NCBI GenBank assembly: GCA_963675495.1
Contig: OY776215.1
Coordinates: 896,001-960,000, forward strand
DNA: 64,000 nt
Direction: 5' to 3'
DNA from: an uncultured Methanolobus sp.
GTDB lineage: Archaea > Halobacteriota > Methanosarcinia > Methanosarcinales > Methanosarcinaceae
Shown: piece after piece, positions 9,724 through 19,919 of the stretch
Layout of the letters: each line of letters begins with the position of its first letter
Numbering within the stretch: position 1 is the stretch's first letter
Position numbers and translations under genes: made by a program
Notes under the pieces: generated by a model
The model's database searches: none
Told to the model about the DNA's origin: nothing
Seen by the model: only the letters and a program-made list of their open reading frames with translations

Positions 9724-11043
9724 GTGTTCTATCAAGGAGAGATTATTATAATCCAGGTAATTCAATGGGGAATCGAACCTTTACATATTGTTTTTCTGGA
9801 AAAGATAATGCTTTCGCTGATGATAGGAATACTCATCGGCCTGGAAAGAGAACACTGGCGTGCAGATAAGAAGATATTTGCAGGTGTAAGGACCTTTGCG
9901 ATAACCTGTATAACAGGCACTCTTGCTACTTTCCTCGTTTCATATATTGGTATCTGGATACTTGTTGTAACAACCCTGCTAGCTGCCTTTTCTTCAGCAT
10001 CTCTCATATATATGGTCAACGTACTCAAAGGCAAATCAGGGCTCACAACTTCAATTGCACTCTTCTGTACATACCTCTTAGGAATAATGGTGGCCCAAGG
10101 ACTCTATCTGGTAGCAATAGTCATAGCACTCGTACTGACTTTCCTTTTGATCGAGAAAAAACCCCTGCACTCATTTGCAGAACATCTCTCAGAAAACGAT
10201 ATCGGTAGTGCTTTAAAATTCCTGGCAGTTGCTTTTGTCCTTTATCCTATAGTTCCGGAAGAACCTATCTACGGGATCATAAGGCTAAAGCAATCCATAC
10301 TCATCGTTGTGCTTGTATCGTTCATCAGTTTTGTAAGCTACCTGTCCCTGAAGAAGATGGGACCACAGGGAGGTATTCCTTATTCCGGTCTGTTTGGAGG
10401 ATTCATAAGCAGTGAGGCTACAATAGCCGCACTGTCAGGACTATCCAGAAAAAGACCAATACTTAAGGATTCTATCCACATTGGTGCGATGCTCTCTGTT
10501 GTTTCAATGATCATAAGCAACACAATAATAGCATTGATAGCGGATCCAAGTGCAAAGACCGCATCAATGATGGCACCACCTTTCATAGTAATGGGAATCA
10601 TTGCCATGGTTTTTGTAATACTGAAATGGAAGAAGACATTGAACATTGAAGAAAGTATTGAGATAGGATCACCCTTTGCCCTTGGTCCGGCATTCAAATT
10701 CGGGGCGGTTTTCACAATACTTCTCATAATTGCAAACTTTGCAAATGAGTATGCAGGAGCAGGAGGAGCCTATGCAACAGCACTTGGTGGAATTGTCAGC
10801 AGTTCTGCTGTGACAGCTTCAGTTGCAGCATTGGCATTCACAGGAAACCTGTCGGTCCAGACTGCCGCTGAGACCGCAATACTCGCAGGGCTTGTCAGCA
10901 CCCTCAGCAAACCACTTTACATAAAGATCAGCGGTTCACCGGAGTTATTCAGGACAGCACTGTTGTCATTCATCGCAATTGTAATCGCGGGGTCAGTTAC
11001 ACTTATAATATGGAGCTTTTACATGAGAGCATATCTGAGTTGA
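9724..11043 (+). CDS. MgtC/SapB family membrane protein with C-terminal DUF4010
   Basis: GILIGLERE, FAGVRTF, GLTT, GGFISSEAT and many TM helices. True start uncertain. Confidence 0.85.
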   Translation: MFYQGEIIIIQVIQWGIEPLHIVFLEKIMLSLMIGILIGLEREHWRADKKIFAGVRTFAITCITGTLATFLVSYIGIWILVVTTLLAAFSSASLIYMVNVLKGKSGLTTSIALFCTYLLGIMVAQGLYLVAIVIALVLTFLLIEKKPLHSFAEHLSENDIGSALKFLAVAFVLYPIVPEEPIYGIIRLKQSILIVVLVSFISFVSYLSLKKMGPQGGIPYSGLFGGFISSEATIAALSGLSRKRPILKDSIHIGAMLSVVSMIISNTIIALIADPSAKTASMMAPPFIVMGIIAMVFVILKWKKTLNIEESIEIGSPFALGPAFKFGAVFTILLIIANFANEYAGAGGAYATALGGIVSSSAVTASVAALAFTGNLSVQTAAETAILAGLVSTLSKPLYIKISGSPELFRTALLSFIAIVIAGSVTLIIWSFYMRAYLS

Positions 11044-11099
11044 TTCGCCAATCTCTATAGCCATATATAAATAAGCAGTACTCTTTTTATTGATTAAAC

Positions 11100-12605
11100 A
11101 TGCTTGAAAATGTAGACCTCTCAAAAAGTATTAGCAAAGAAGAATACGATAATGTAATTGAAAATTTGAAGATACGAATTGGGGAACTGCAGAGAAAAGC
11201 ATGGAAAATGGATATACCTATCATTATAGTTTTTGAGGGATGGCATGCATCCGGCATGACCGATATAATAAACAAATTCCTTCTGACCCTCAACCCAATG
11301 GGATTTAATCTTTACACAACCGGAAAACCCTGTCATCAGGAAGAACAAAAACCACTTTTATGGCGATTCTGGACGAAGATACCAAAAAAAGGCAGCATTG
11401 CTATTTTTGACAGGAGCTGGTATCGCAGGATAACCGTCGAGCACAGCAGCAAAGGTAAAGCAAATGATAAGATGTCTAAATGTCTTGAAGGATCGAACTA
11501 TTTCGAAAGACAGTTAGCAGATGAGGGATATCTGCTCATCAAATTCTTCCTGCATATAAGTAAAGAAGAGCAGGGTAAAAGATATCGTGAGATGAAAAAA
11601 CAGGGTATACCAATGTTCATCGTTGAAGATGAAGAAGAACAGGAATACCTGAATGATTATGACAAACACCTGCCTTTGATAGAAGGGATTCTGGAAAGAA
11701 CAGACCGGACTTCTGCACCATGGACCATTGTAGAATCAGAAGACAAGAACTTTGCAACCATTAAAATACTTGCAAAGGTAATCGAATCTATTGAAAATAA
11801 GATACAAGACCACGAAAATGAAATAAAGATAAGTCAAAATCACCATAATGAAAATTGTATCATTCCCAACATAGATTCATCAATACTTGAAAAGACCGAT
11901 CTGGACAAAAGCCTCACTTATAAAGAATACAAAAAAGAGAAGAAAATATGCCAGAAAAAGATAACACAACTCCAGTATGAACTTTTTAAGCACCGTATAC
12001 CCCTCATCATTGTGTTTGAGGGATGGGATGCATCAGGAAAAGGAGGAGGGATAAGGCGGCTTGCCCAGAAATTAAATCCCAGACTTTATCAGGTAATTCC
12101 TGTTGGTGTTCCTTCACAAACAGAAATCGCACACCACTACCTTTGGAGATTCTATAACGAAATTCCGGAAGCAGGCCATATAGCAATATATGACCGAAGC
12201 TGGTACGGAAGAGTACTTGTTGAAAGAGTCGAAAAACTCTGCGATAACCCGGAATGGAAACGTGCGTACAGGGAGATAAATGAATTTGAAGAAACGCTTG
12301 CCAACTATGGCACTATCATCATCAAATTCTGGGCCCATATTGATAAGGAAGAACAACTTAAAAGATTCAAACAAAGGGAAAATATATCCCATAAACAGTG
12401 GAAGATAACTCCTGACGACTGGCGTAACAGGGAAAAGTGGGACCTTTACAAAGATGCTGCAGATGAAATGCTGCAAAAAACAAGCACTTCATGGGCACCG
12501 TGGACAATTCTGGAATCAAACGACAAGTATTACTCAAGGATAAAGATATTCCATACTGTTATTGACCGCATAGAAGAGGAGTTAAAACAGAGAGGACTTC
12601 AATAG
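11100..12605 (+). CDS. ppk2: Two-domain polyphosphate kinase 2 (polyphosphate:AMP phosphotransferase type)
   Basis: Duplicated PPK2 domains: FEGWHASGM/FDRSWY and FEGWDASGKGG/YDRSWYGRVLVERVE, plus WKITPDDWRNREKW. Confidence 0.93.
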   Translation: MLENVDLSKSISKEEYDNVIENLKIRIGELQRKAWKMDIPIIIVFEGWHASGMTDIINKFLLTLNPMGFNLYTTGKPCHQEEQKPLLWRFWTKIPKKGSIAIFDRSWYRRITVEHSSKGKANDKMSKCLEGSNYFERQLADEGYLLIKFFLHISKEEQGKRYREMKKQGIPMFIVEDEEEQEYLNDYDKHLPLIEGILERTDRTSAPWTIVESEDKNFATIKILAKVIESIENKIQDHENEIKISQNHHNENCIIPNIDSSILEKTDLDKSLTYKEYKKEKKICQKKITQLQYELFKHRIPLIIVFEGWDASGKGGGIRRLAQKLNPRLYQVIPVGVPSQTEIAHHYLWRFYNEIPEAGHIAIYDRSWYGRVLVERVEKLCDNPEWKRAYREINEFEETLANYGTIIIKFWAHIDKEEQLKRFKQRENISHKQWKITPDDWRNREKWDLYKDAADEMLQKTSTSWAPWTILESNDKYYSRIKIFHTVIDRIEEELKQRGLQ

Positions 12606-13852
12606 TCTTCTCTGAAGTAAATGTCCCTTTCAAAAAGCAAACGCCACATGTCTGCTTTTGTATCTGCTCTGTCTACATCCACTTCAGCTCCTGAACCCTG
12701 TACTTTAATGATTATGTCTTCTTTTTGAAGATCAATACCAGTTATCATACTATTCATTCTGCTAAGATCCAGAGCATCTGCAATCCGCAGGATAGCTGCC
12801 ATTTTAAGAATATCGTCCTGCATCTCAGCAGTTAATCGGGAAAACTTCTTTTTAGCAGACAATTTCAGCAGCTTGTTCTTGTCTATTCTTTTCTTGTGAA
12901 GGAATGTTGTCCATGGAAGGAACAGGCAAAGAGGATATGGAAGTTCCTCCGGGCAGGAATCAAGAAGGATGTCCCTTCCTACTTTATGATGGGTCTTCAT
13001 ATCGGTCATGACACCTATGTCATGTACAAGAGCTGCAAATCTTAATGTCTGGCGCAGATTATCATCCAGATTGTGAATCGATTTTAAGGCGTCAAAAAGC
13101 TGTAGGGAATTTTCTGCAACCTTACGAGCATGTTCCTGTTCGATATTATACTCCTCGAACATATCCCTGAGAGGAGAATACACTATTTGTTTGTCTTTGG
13201 GAATGATCCCATAATCCATTATTTGAGCATCATTTCGAATATTTTCCATGAACAGTGCAAAACCATTGTCAAATTTGGAACTAGTTCCAACAAGCAGACC
13301 CACATCATCCCTGAAGAACGAAGCTACCTGATGAAGTTCAGCTTCTGTCCCATCACCCATGAGCTCGACCTCAAGCTCAAGATAGCTTTTTCTATTTTCA
13401 TCGCAAGCGACGATTACATCATCAAAACTCAATTCCAAAATGTGTCTTTCTTTATCATAGGCCTGAAAGTCCGTCCTTTTGTGTTCCACAGTAAATAGTG
13501 GAAATAGGCTTCCAGAACCTATTATATCTAATATCCGCTTTTTAAGGTCACATTCATCCCATTCTTTAACAGGAAGTTTCTTTAAAACAGTGAATTCTGT
13601 TTCTTCCCTGATATGAATAAGAGAACTGGCACTTTTCAGCGATTTGAGAGTATAGACTACCTTGTCTTTTTTTTCTCTGCACCTGAATGAGAAACCTGAA
13701 GCATATATTGCCATGTCCAGAGTATCAAGATAAGTATCCCTGAATTCTTTAGGCACAGGATCTGAAATACTAAACCCAGCTATTGAGCTTATACTCATGA
13801 GTTCATCAAAGGTATCACGCTCTGAAACAAGGAACTTCGCTTCAATTTCCAT
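12599..13852 (-). CDS. CYTH (triphosphate tunnel) domain fused to a Ppx C-terminal-type HD domain
   Basis: N-terminal EIEAKF, DTYLDT, ELEVEL, SKF. C-terminal HARKV, AALVHDIG, HHK, ILRIADALD. Confidence 0.87.
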   Translation of the reverse strand: MEIEAKFLVSERDTFDELMSISSIAGFSISDPVPKEFRDTYLDTLDMAIYASGFSFRCREKKDKVVYTLKSLKSASSLIHIREETEFTVLKKLPVKEWDECDLKKRILDIIGSGSLFPLFTVEHKRTDFQAYDKERHILELSFDDVIVACDENRKSYLELEVELMGDGTEAELHQVASFFRDDVGLLVGTSSKFDNGFALFMENIRNDAQIMDYGIIPKDKQIVYSPLRDMFEEYNIEQEHARKVAENSLQLFDALKSIHNLDDNLRQTLRFAALVHDIGVMTDMKTHHKVGRDILLDSCPEELPYPLCLFLPWTTFLHKKRIDKNKLLKLSAKKKFSRLTAEMQDDILKMAAILRIADALDLSRMNSMITGIDLQKEDIIIKVQGSGAEVDVDRADTKADMWRLLFERDIYFREDY

Positions 13853-14293
13853 AAAAGAAATACGATGTCTTAAGTTAAAAGTTTTCTATTCAGGAGCAGG
13901 TATCTTTTTGCTAACCTCGTTTTTTCCCTTGATTTCACTGGCTGGAGTAGGTTGAATGATATATTGTGTGCTGTTGTAAAGACATCCTTTCAGTTACTGC
14001 AATTATATTGATATTACTCCTAGAAGAAAAAACAATTACTAAAAGAAGATTAAAAATAGAAAAGAAAGGGGCTCTTTAGAAAACCTCATGATCAAGGTGC
14101 AAACAACAATATCTAATTAATTAAAATGTGCTCGCGGATACTGGGACTATTTATACCTATGAATTTGCATCCGAACATACAATTGAGTATAATTATGTCT
14201 ATATATAACCTATAATCTATAAAAAGATACAAATGTTTATGCATTTAACTGTATTCTTGCGGAAATGCCAGCTTTCCCACTGGTAAAAAGAAA

Positions 14294-14785
14294 TTGATCA
14301 AATGGATAAATGTAAGCCTTAAAGGCAAAAATGGCAAGATTTTGAGAGTTCTCGCATCAGGTGAAGATATTACTAAACAGAGAGAAGTGGAAGAAGAACT
14401 AAAAGAGAGCAAGAGAAAATACCGTCTTCTTGCTGAAAACACTCTTGACAGTATATGGCAGCTGGACGAAAACCTTGTATGTACCTACGCCAATCCTGCT
14501 ACAATACCAATAACAGGTCTTAAATCTGAAGATATAGTCGGGACTAAACTTCAGGAACAATTCCCTGAAAATGAAATACAAAAAATGGAAGACGCAATGA
14601 AGTATTCTATGGAACATATCTATGATGGTGAATTTACGAAAATTGAAACATCCATATACGACAAAAAAAGGAATCTTGTACCCATAGAGATATATGCTAA
14701 AAAATTACTTGATGAGAGCGGAAACTTTTGTGGGTTTCAGGGAAGCACCAGAAAAAAATCAGATACTTACGATCCACCAAAATAA
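14294..14785 (+). pseudogene. PAS/PAC fragment, probable remnant of a sensor protein
   Basis: Begins inside a PAC motif (ASGEDITKQREVEEELKESKRKYRLLAEN), has one PAS domain, and ends at GFQGSTR without the usual DITE linker or an output domain. Confidence 0.55.
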
Positions 14786-15025
14786 CTCATACATACCCCA
14801 CAAAAAACAGCATGCTAATTTTTATTAATTAATAATTATATTTGAGCACCGGCTTGCTTTTTTTATTAACGATTGTGAGGGACATACAGAATATATAAAC
14901 TGTTCACCAGAAACTACATAAAAGAACATGATATATATCATACAATTCCATCTGACACGGAGTTAGATGATTCTCTATTATAATTTAATCACTCATACTA
15001 TTACATAATTTCCCGGAGGATTCCT

Positions 15026-16756
15026 ATGAAAGTAAAAATAACTGAAACTATTCTTCGAGATGCGCATCAATCCCTTATTGCCACAAGAATGCGCACCCGT
15101 AATATGCTTCCAATTGTGGACAAGCTTGATGAAGTCGGATACTACTCACTTGAGATGTGGGGAGGAGCCACATTTGACAGCTCCATAAGATATCTCAATG
15201 AGGACCCATGGGAAAGGTTGAGAGACCTTAAAAAACACATGCATGAAACCCCTGCACAGATGCTCCTCAGAGGACAGAATCTGGTAGGATACAGACACTA
15301 TTCCGATGATGTTGTAGAAAAATTCGTTAAAAAAGCCCATGAGAATGGTATTGATATCTTCCGGGTGTTCGATGCTGTAAATGACATTCGTAATATGGAA
15401 AAAGCCATCACAGTAGCTAAAAAGGATGGAGCTGAAGTACAAGGAGCCATAGCCTACACCATCAGTCCAGTCCATACAATTGAAAAATATGTAGAGCTTG
15501 CAACCGGACTTGCAGAACTTGGATGCGATTCCCTTTGTATCAAGGACATGGCGGGCCTTATATCGCCACAACAGGCATATGATCTCGTGAAAGCTCTCAA
15601 GACAGAAGTGAATCTTCCTGTTGACCTACACTCTCACTGCACATCAGGAATGGCACCTATGAGCTACACAGCAGCATGCAGAGCAGGCGTTGATATACTT
15701 GATACTGCGCTTTCCCCCTTTGCATGGGGAACATCACAGCCACCAACTGAATCAATTGTGGCTGCACTTGCTGAAACAAAGCGCGCTACAGGACTTGACC
15801 TTGAGCTGATATCAGAGATATCACAATATTTCAAGGAAATAAAAGAACACTACCGCTGTATACTTGATCCAATCTCCGAACAGATAGACACCAATGTGTT
15901 GCTTTACCAGATACCCGGAGGGATGCTTTCAAATCTTGTATCCCAGCTCAAAGAGCAGAATGCACTGGATAAATTCGATGAGGTTCTCAAGGAAATGCCG
16001 CTTGTACGTGCAGAACTCGGATACCCTCCACTTGTTACACCTACCAGCCAGATAGTAGGTACCCAGGCAGTACTCAATGTGCTCATGGGTGAGAGATACA
16101 AGGTAATTCCAAAGGAAGTCAAAGATTATGTTCGCGGTCTTTACGGAAGACCACCACAGAAGATCAGTGATGAGATAGTTGCAAAGATAATCGGTGAAGA
16201 AGAACCAATTACCAGCAGACCTGCAGACCTTCTCCAGCCAGAGTATGAGAAGATGAAGAAGGAAGCAGAAGAAATGGGCATCGTCAAAAAGGAAGAAGAT
16301 ATCCTCACTTACATACTTTATCCAGCAATAGCTCCTGCATTCCTGAAAGGAGAACTTGAAGAAGAAGACCTTACACCAATTATGGAGAAGAAACACCCAT
16401 GTGCTGCTTCATCGGATGTTTCCGGAATACCAACTGACTACAAGGTTGAAGTTGACGGGGAAGTTTTCAATGTAAAGGTAAACCCCGTTGGTGGTTCAGT
16501 TAAAGTCGTAGAAACAGATGAAAAGCCGACTGCAGATTCCGTAGCCGGGGCAGTTACAAGCCATATGCAGGGAATGGTGCTTTCCATAAAGGTCCATGTA
16601 GGAGACAAAATAGAAGAAGGTGACACAGTCTGTGTCATTGAAGCTATGAAGATGGAAAATGCAATCCATGCACCACATGGAGGAACCGTCAAAGCAATAC
16701 TTATCGCAGATGGTGATGCTGTAAAATCCGGTGATGTACTGATGAGTATAGAGTAG
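15026..16756 (+). CDS. pycB: Pyruvate carboxylase subunit B (carboxyltransferase plus biotin carrier)
   Basis: LRDAHQSL, CIKDMAG, HSHCTSG, biotinylation motif EAMKMEN. Confidence 0.95.
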   Translation: MKVKITETILRDAHQSLIATRMRTRNMLPIVDKLDEVGYYSLEMWGGATFDSSIRYLNEDPWERLRDLKKHMHETPAQMLLRGQNLVGYRHYSDDVVEKFVKKAHENGIDIFRVFDAVNDIRNMEKAITVAKKDGAEVQGAIAYTISPVHTIEKYVELATGLAELGCDSLCIKDMAGLISPQQAYDLVKALKTEVNLPVDLHSHCTSGMAPMSYTAACRAGVDILDTALSPFAWGTSQPPTESIVAALAETKRATGLDLELISEISQYFKEIKEHYRCILDPISEQIDTNVLLYQIPGGMLSNLVSQLKEQNALDKFDEVLKEMPLVRAELGYPPLVTPTSQIVGTQAVLNVLMGERYKVIPKEVKDYVRGLYGRPPQKISDEIVAKIIGEEEPITSRPADLLQPEYEKMKKEAEEMGIVKKEEDILTYILYPAIAPAFLKGELEEEDLTPIMEKKHPCAASSDVSGIPTDYKVEVDGEVFNVKVNPVGGSVKVVETDEKPTADSVAGAVTSHMQGMVLSIKVHVGDKIEEGDTVCVIEAMKMENAIHAPHGGTVKAILIADGDAVKSGDVLMSIE

Positions 16757-16766
16757 GTGAGCTGGC

Positions 16767-18239
16767 ATGTTCAAGAAAGTACTTGTAGCTAACCGAGGTG
16801 AGATAGCCATCCGTGCAATGCGTGCATGTCGTGAGCTTGGTGTCCAGACCGTGGCAGTGTACTCAGAAGCTGACAGTAATGCTCTTTTTGCAAAATATGC
16901 GGATGAAGCATACCTGATAGGTCCTGCACCTTCCAGTCAGAGTTACCTGAACGGAGACAAGATAATAGAAGTCGCACTTGAATGCGGAGCAGAGGGTATT
17001 CACCCAGGATATGGATTCTTATCCGAGAACAGTAAATTTGCCCGCAAGTGTGAGGAAGCAGGAATTACTTTTATAGGACCTTCAAGTAAGTCCATTGAGC
17101 AAATGGGAAGCAAAATTGCTGCCAGAAATACCATGATAGAAGCAGGTGTACCAGTAGTTCCCGGAATAAATGAAGCCATATCTGACCCTGAAAAAGCAGC
17201 AGATATCGCAGATGGTATCGGTTACCCCGTCATAATCAAAGCATCTGCTGGCGGTGGCGGGATAGGAATGAAAATCGTTAATTCAAGAAAAGAATTTCAT
17301 AGTTCCCTCCATTCCATACAATCAGTAGCACAATCAGCTTTTGGAGACTCAACTGTTTTTATTGAAAAATATGTAGAAGAACCAAGACATATTGAATTCC
17401 AGATACTTGCAGACAAATATGGAAACACAGTATATGTTATGGAGAGGGAATGTTCCATACAGCGCAGACACCAGAAACTTATCGAAGAGGCTCCATCTCC
17501 TGTAATGACACCTGAACTTCGCAAGCAGATGGGCGAAACTGCTGTTAAGGCTGCAAAAGCAATCGGATATGAAAATGCAGGAACTGTCGAATTCCTTTAC
17601 TCTAAAGGGGATTTCTATTTCCTTGAGGTCAATACAAGATTGCAGGTGGAACACACCATCAGCGAGATGATCACTGGTATAGATCTTGCAAAACAGCAAC
17701 TTCATATTGCATGCGGTGAGGAATTACCATTCAAACAGGAAGATATCAAGATCAATGGCTGGGCAATCGAATGTCGCCTTAATGCTGAAGACCCGCTGAA
17801 CGACTTTGCACCATCTCCCGGAAAGATAAGAAGATATCGTTCTGCAGGCGGACCAGGTATCAGAGTTGACAGTGGAGTCCACATGGGATACACCATTTCA
17901 CCGTACTATGATTCCATGATCTCAAAGCTCTGTGCATGGGGAAGTGACAGGGACGAAGCCATTGACAGAATGCAGCGTGCATTGTACGAATATGTGGTCG
18001 TCGGAGTCACAACCAATATCCCATTCCACAAAGCAGTCCTGAAACATCCTGCATTCAGGGAAGGAAAACTTACTACTCATTTCATAGAGGACAACAACAT
18101 CATAGAAGATGTGAAAAAAGTCGTGGAAGAAGATACTACCAAAGGTGTTACCCTGGCTTCAGTACTCGATAACAAGGATCTGAAAATAGCTGCCGTAACA
18201 GCTGCTGTAAGCTCATATGTAAATGCTGCCAAAAAATAG
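16767..18239 (+). CDS. pycA: Pyruvate carboxylase subunit A (biotin carboxylase)
   Basis: [53 protein letters not shown]. Confidence 0.95.
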   Translation: MFKKVLVANRGEIAIRAMRACRELGVQTVAVYSEADSNALFAKYADEAYLIGPAPSSQSYLNGDKIIEVALECGAEGIHPGYGFLSENSKFARKCEEAGITFIGPSSKSIEQMGSKIAARNTMIEAGVPVVPGINEAISDPEKAADIADGIGYPVIIKASAGGGGIGMKIVNSRKEFHSSLHSIQSVAQSAFGDSTVFIEKYVEEPRHIEFQILADKYGNTVYVMERECSIQRRHQKLIEEAPSPVMTPELRKQMGETAVKAAKAIGYENAGTVEFLYSKGDFYFLEVNTRLQVEHTISEMITGIDLAKQQLHIACGEELPFKQEDIKINGWAIECRLNAEDPLNDFAPSPGKIRRYRSAGGPGIRVDSGVHMGYTISPYYDSMISKLCAWGSDRDEAIDRMQRALYEYVVVGVTTNIPFHKAVLKHPAFREGKLTTHFIEDNNIIEDVKKVVEEDTTKGVTLASVLDNKDLKIAAVTAAVSSYVNAAKK

Positions 18240-18304
18240 AGAATGTAATTAATCTCTGGCAGCAACATATATCTTAGTTGGGAACTAAACTTTCATATGG
18301 TGGG

Positions 18305-19282
18305 ATGCCTGTGAATGACAACAGAAAAGAGATTATAAGACTGTTAAGGCAATCTGAAGGAAATCCGGTTTCAGGTCAGGAGATAGGAGAAAAACTGGGC
18401 ATATCCAGGGCAATGGTATGGAAATATGTAAGAAATCTCAGAAGAGAAGGGTATGACATTCGTTCTTCTCCAAAGATAGGTTACATACTTGATGCATACC
18501 CTGACAGAATAGATCCTGATGAACTGAAAATGATTTTGAAAACAAGTCTCATAGGAACTAATATCAATTATCATTCGGAACTGGAGTCAACCAATAATAC
18601 GGCCAGAGAAATTGCATTGAAAGCATCCGAAGGTACTGTGGTCATTGCAGAAACACAGAAAAACGGCCGCGGACGTATGGGGAATGAATGGCAATCAAAC
18701 CCTGGTGGAGTATGGTTGTCCCTTATTTTAAAGCCAACTATACCACTTGACAACCTTTCGAAGATAACACTTGTAGCAGGTATTGCTGTAACGAATGCAT
18801 TAAGAGATGCAGGAGTAGATGCTCACATTAAATGGCCAAATGACGTACTTGTTAAAGGCAAAAAGATATGTGGCATACTTACAGAGGTCAGTGCTGAAGT
18901 TGACAAGGTCGACTATGTGATCCTTGGAATTGGCATAAATGCAAACGTCAAAATTGACGACCTTAAAGAAGATATTAGAAAAAAATCAACGAGTATTGCT
19001 CATGAAGTAGGAAAAGCGGTCAACAGAACTACTTTCATTGCATCCCTTCTTTATGAACTGGAACAACAATACATAAAGTTCAAAACACAAAAATTCACGG
19101 ATATCGTTGACGAATGGATCAATCTCTCTGATACAATTGGAAAGGAAGTTAGGATAAGGACACAAAACACACTCATTGAAGGCAAGGCTGTTGGAATTAC
19201 TGAAAAGGGAGCAATTGTTATCCTTGACAGGGATAAAAAAAGACATGAGATTATTGCAGGCAACTGTCGCTATAGCAATTGA
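18305..19282 (+). CDS. birA: Bifunctional biotin ligase/repressor
   Basis: N-terminal HTH (SGQEIGEKLGISRAMVWK), GRGRMG, KWPND, KKICGIL. Confidence 0.93.
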   Translation: MPVNDNRKEIIRLLRQSEGNPVSGQEIGEKLGISRAMVWKYVRNLRREGYDIRSSPKIGYILDAYPDRIDPDELKMILKTSLIGTNINYHSELESTNNTAREIALKASEGTVVIAETQKNGRGRMGNEWQSNPGGVWLSLILKPTIPLDNLSKITLVAGIAVTNALRDAGVDAHIKWPNDVLVKGKKICGILTEVSAEVDKVDYVILGIGINANVKIDDLKEDIRKKSTSIAHEVGKAVNRTTFIASLLYELEQQYIKFKTQKFTDIVDEWINLSDTIGKEVRIRTQNTLIEGKAVGITEKGAIVILDRDKKRHEIIAGNCRYSN

Positions 19283-19302
19283 TCCAATGAAGTGATACTT
19301 TC

Positions 19303-19890
19303 ATGTTATACTCAAACAGAACCTGCAATATTGTAATTGCATTTATACTTTTTATTTCAATAGCATCATCGGCATGTGCTGACTCAGTATTCACAAGGGA
19401 CTACAATGAACCCTTAATCATAAGAGAGTACAGAGAACCTTTGTTGATAAACGGAAGTGGAATATTCCTGACAACCGGAAACTCATGGAATTTCTATCAG
19501 GGATATGTTTTTATGGTCAATAGTGTGAATCTTGAGACAAAACAGGTATGGGTTAAACTCCTTCATGAAGATGAACTCCTAAAAGAAGAAATCCTGTCTG
19601 AAAATGATAATTTTATCTATTCTAAAGAAGAAGAAGAAATTCTGAATATTACAGTGGATACGATATACATAAGTTCTGGCAAAGAACTCATTACTTTCAA
19701 ACCGGTGTACCAATATCAGGATAGTGATTACCCAGATGCTGTACTGGAAGAGGATGAAGATAACACCAATCAAAGCAATGACTTGCAACTGCCTGAAAAC
19801 AGCAGCATTGGAAAAACAAGTGGATTTACGATACTCCAGACATTTGCATGCGTATCTTTCTTAATGGTGTTCAAGCGCATGTTAAATTGA
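19303..19890 (+). CDS. Small secreted S-layer-domain protein with a C-terminal PGF-CTERM-like anchor
   Basis: Signal peptide, DUF1608-like segment (KQVWVKLLHEDELLKEEIL), C-terminal SGF + TM + basic tail. Confidence 0.65.
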   Translation: MLYSNRTCNIVIAFILFISIASSACADSVFTRDYNEPLIIREYREPLLINGSGIFLTTGNSWNFYQGYVFMVNSVNLETKQVWVKLLHEDELLKEEILSENDNFIYSKEEEEILNITVDTIYISSGKELITFKPVYQYQDSDYPDAVLEEDEDNTNQSNDLQLPENSSIGKTSGFTILQTFACVSFLMVFKRMLN

Positions 19891-19919
19891 ACTAAAATAA
19901 AGAATAGAGAAAAAGAAGA

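Noticed and set aside
9755-9790. Possible frameshift at the MgtC start (out-of-frame ATG in ATGGGGAATC; one G fewer would give MGIEP)
   Set aside because: The frame is open from GTG 9724 and has a later in-frame ATG, so no frameshift is required. Undecidable without orthologs.
14066-14090. GGGCTCTTTAGAAAACCTC as an IS terminal repeat
   Set aside because: No matching second end, target duplication or convincing transposase sequence was found.
15026-18239. Pyrrolysine read-through at the TAG stops of pycB and pycA (also ppk2)
   Set aside because: The proteins are full length at the TAG and no homologous continuation follows.
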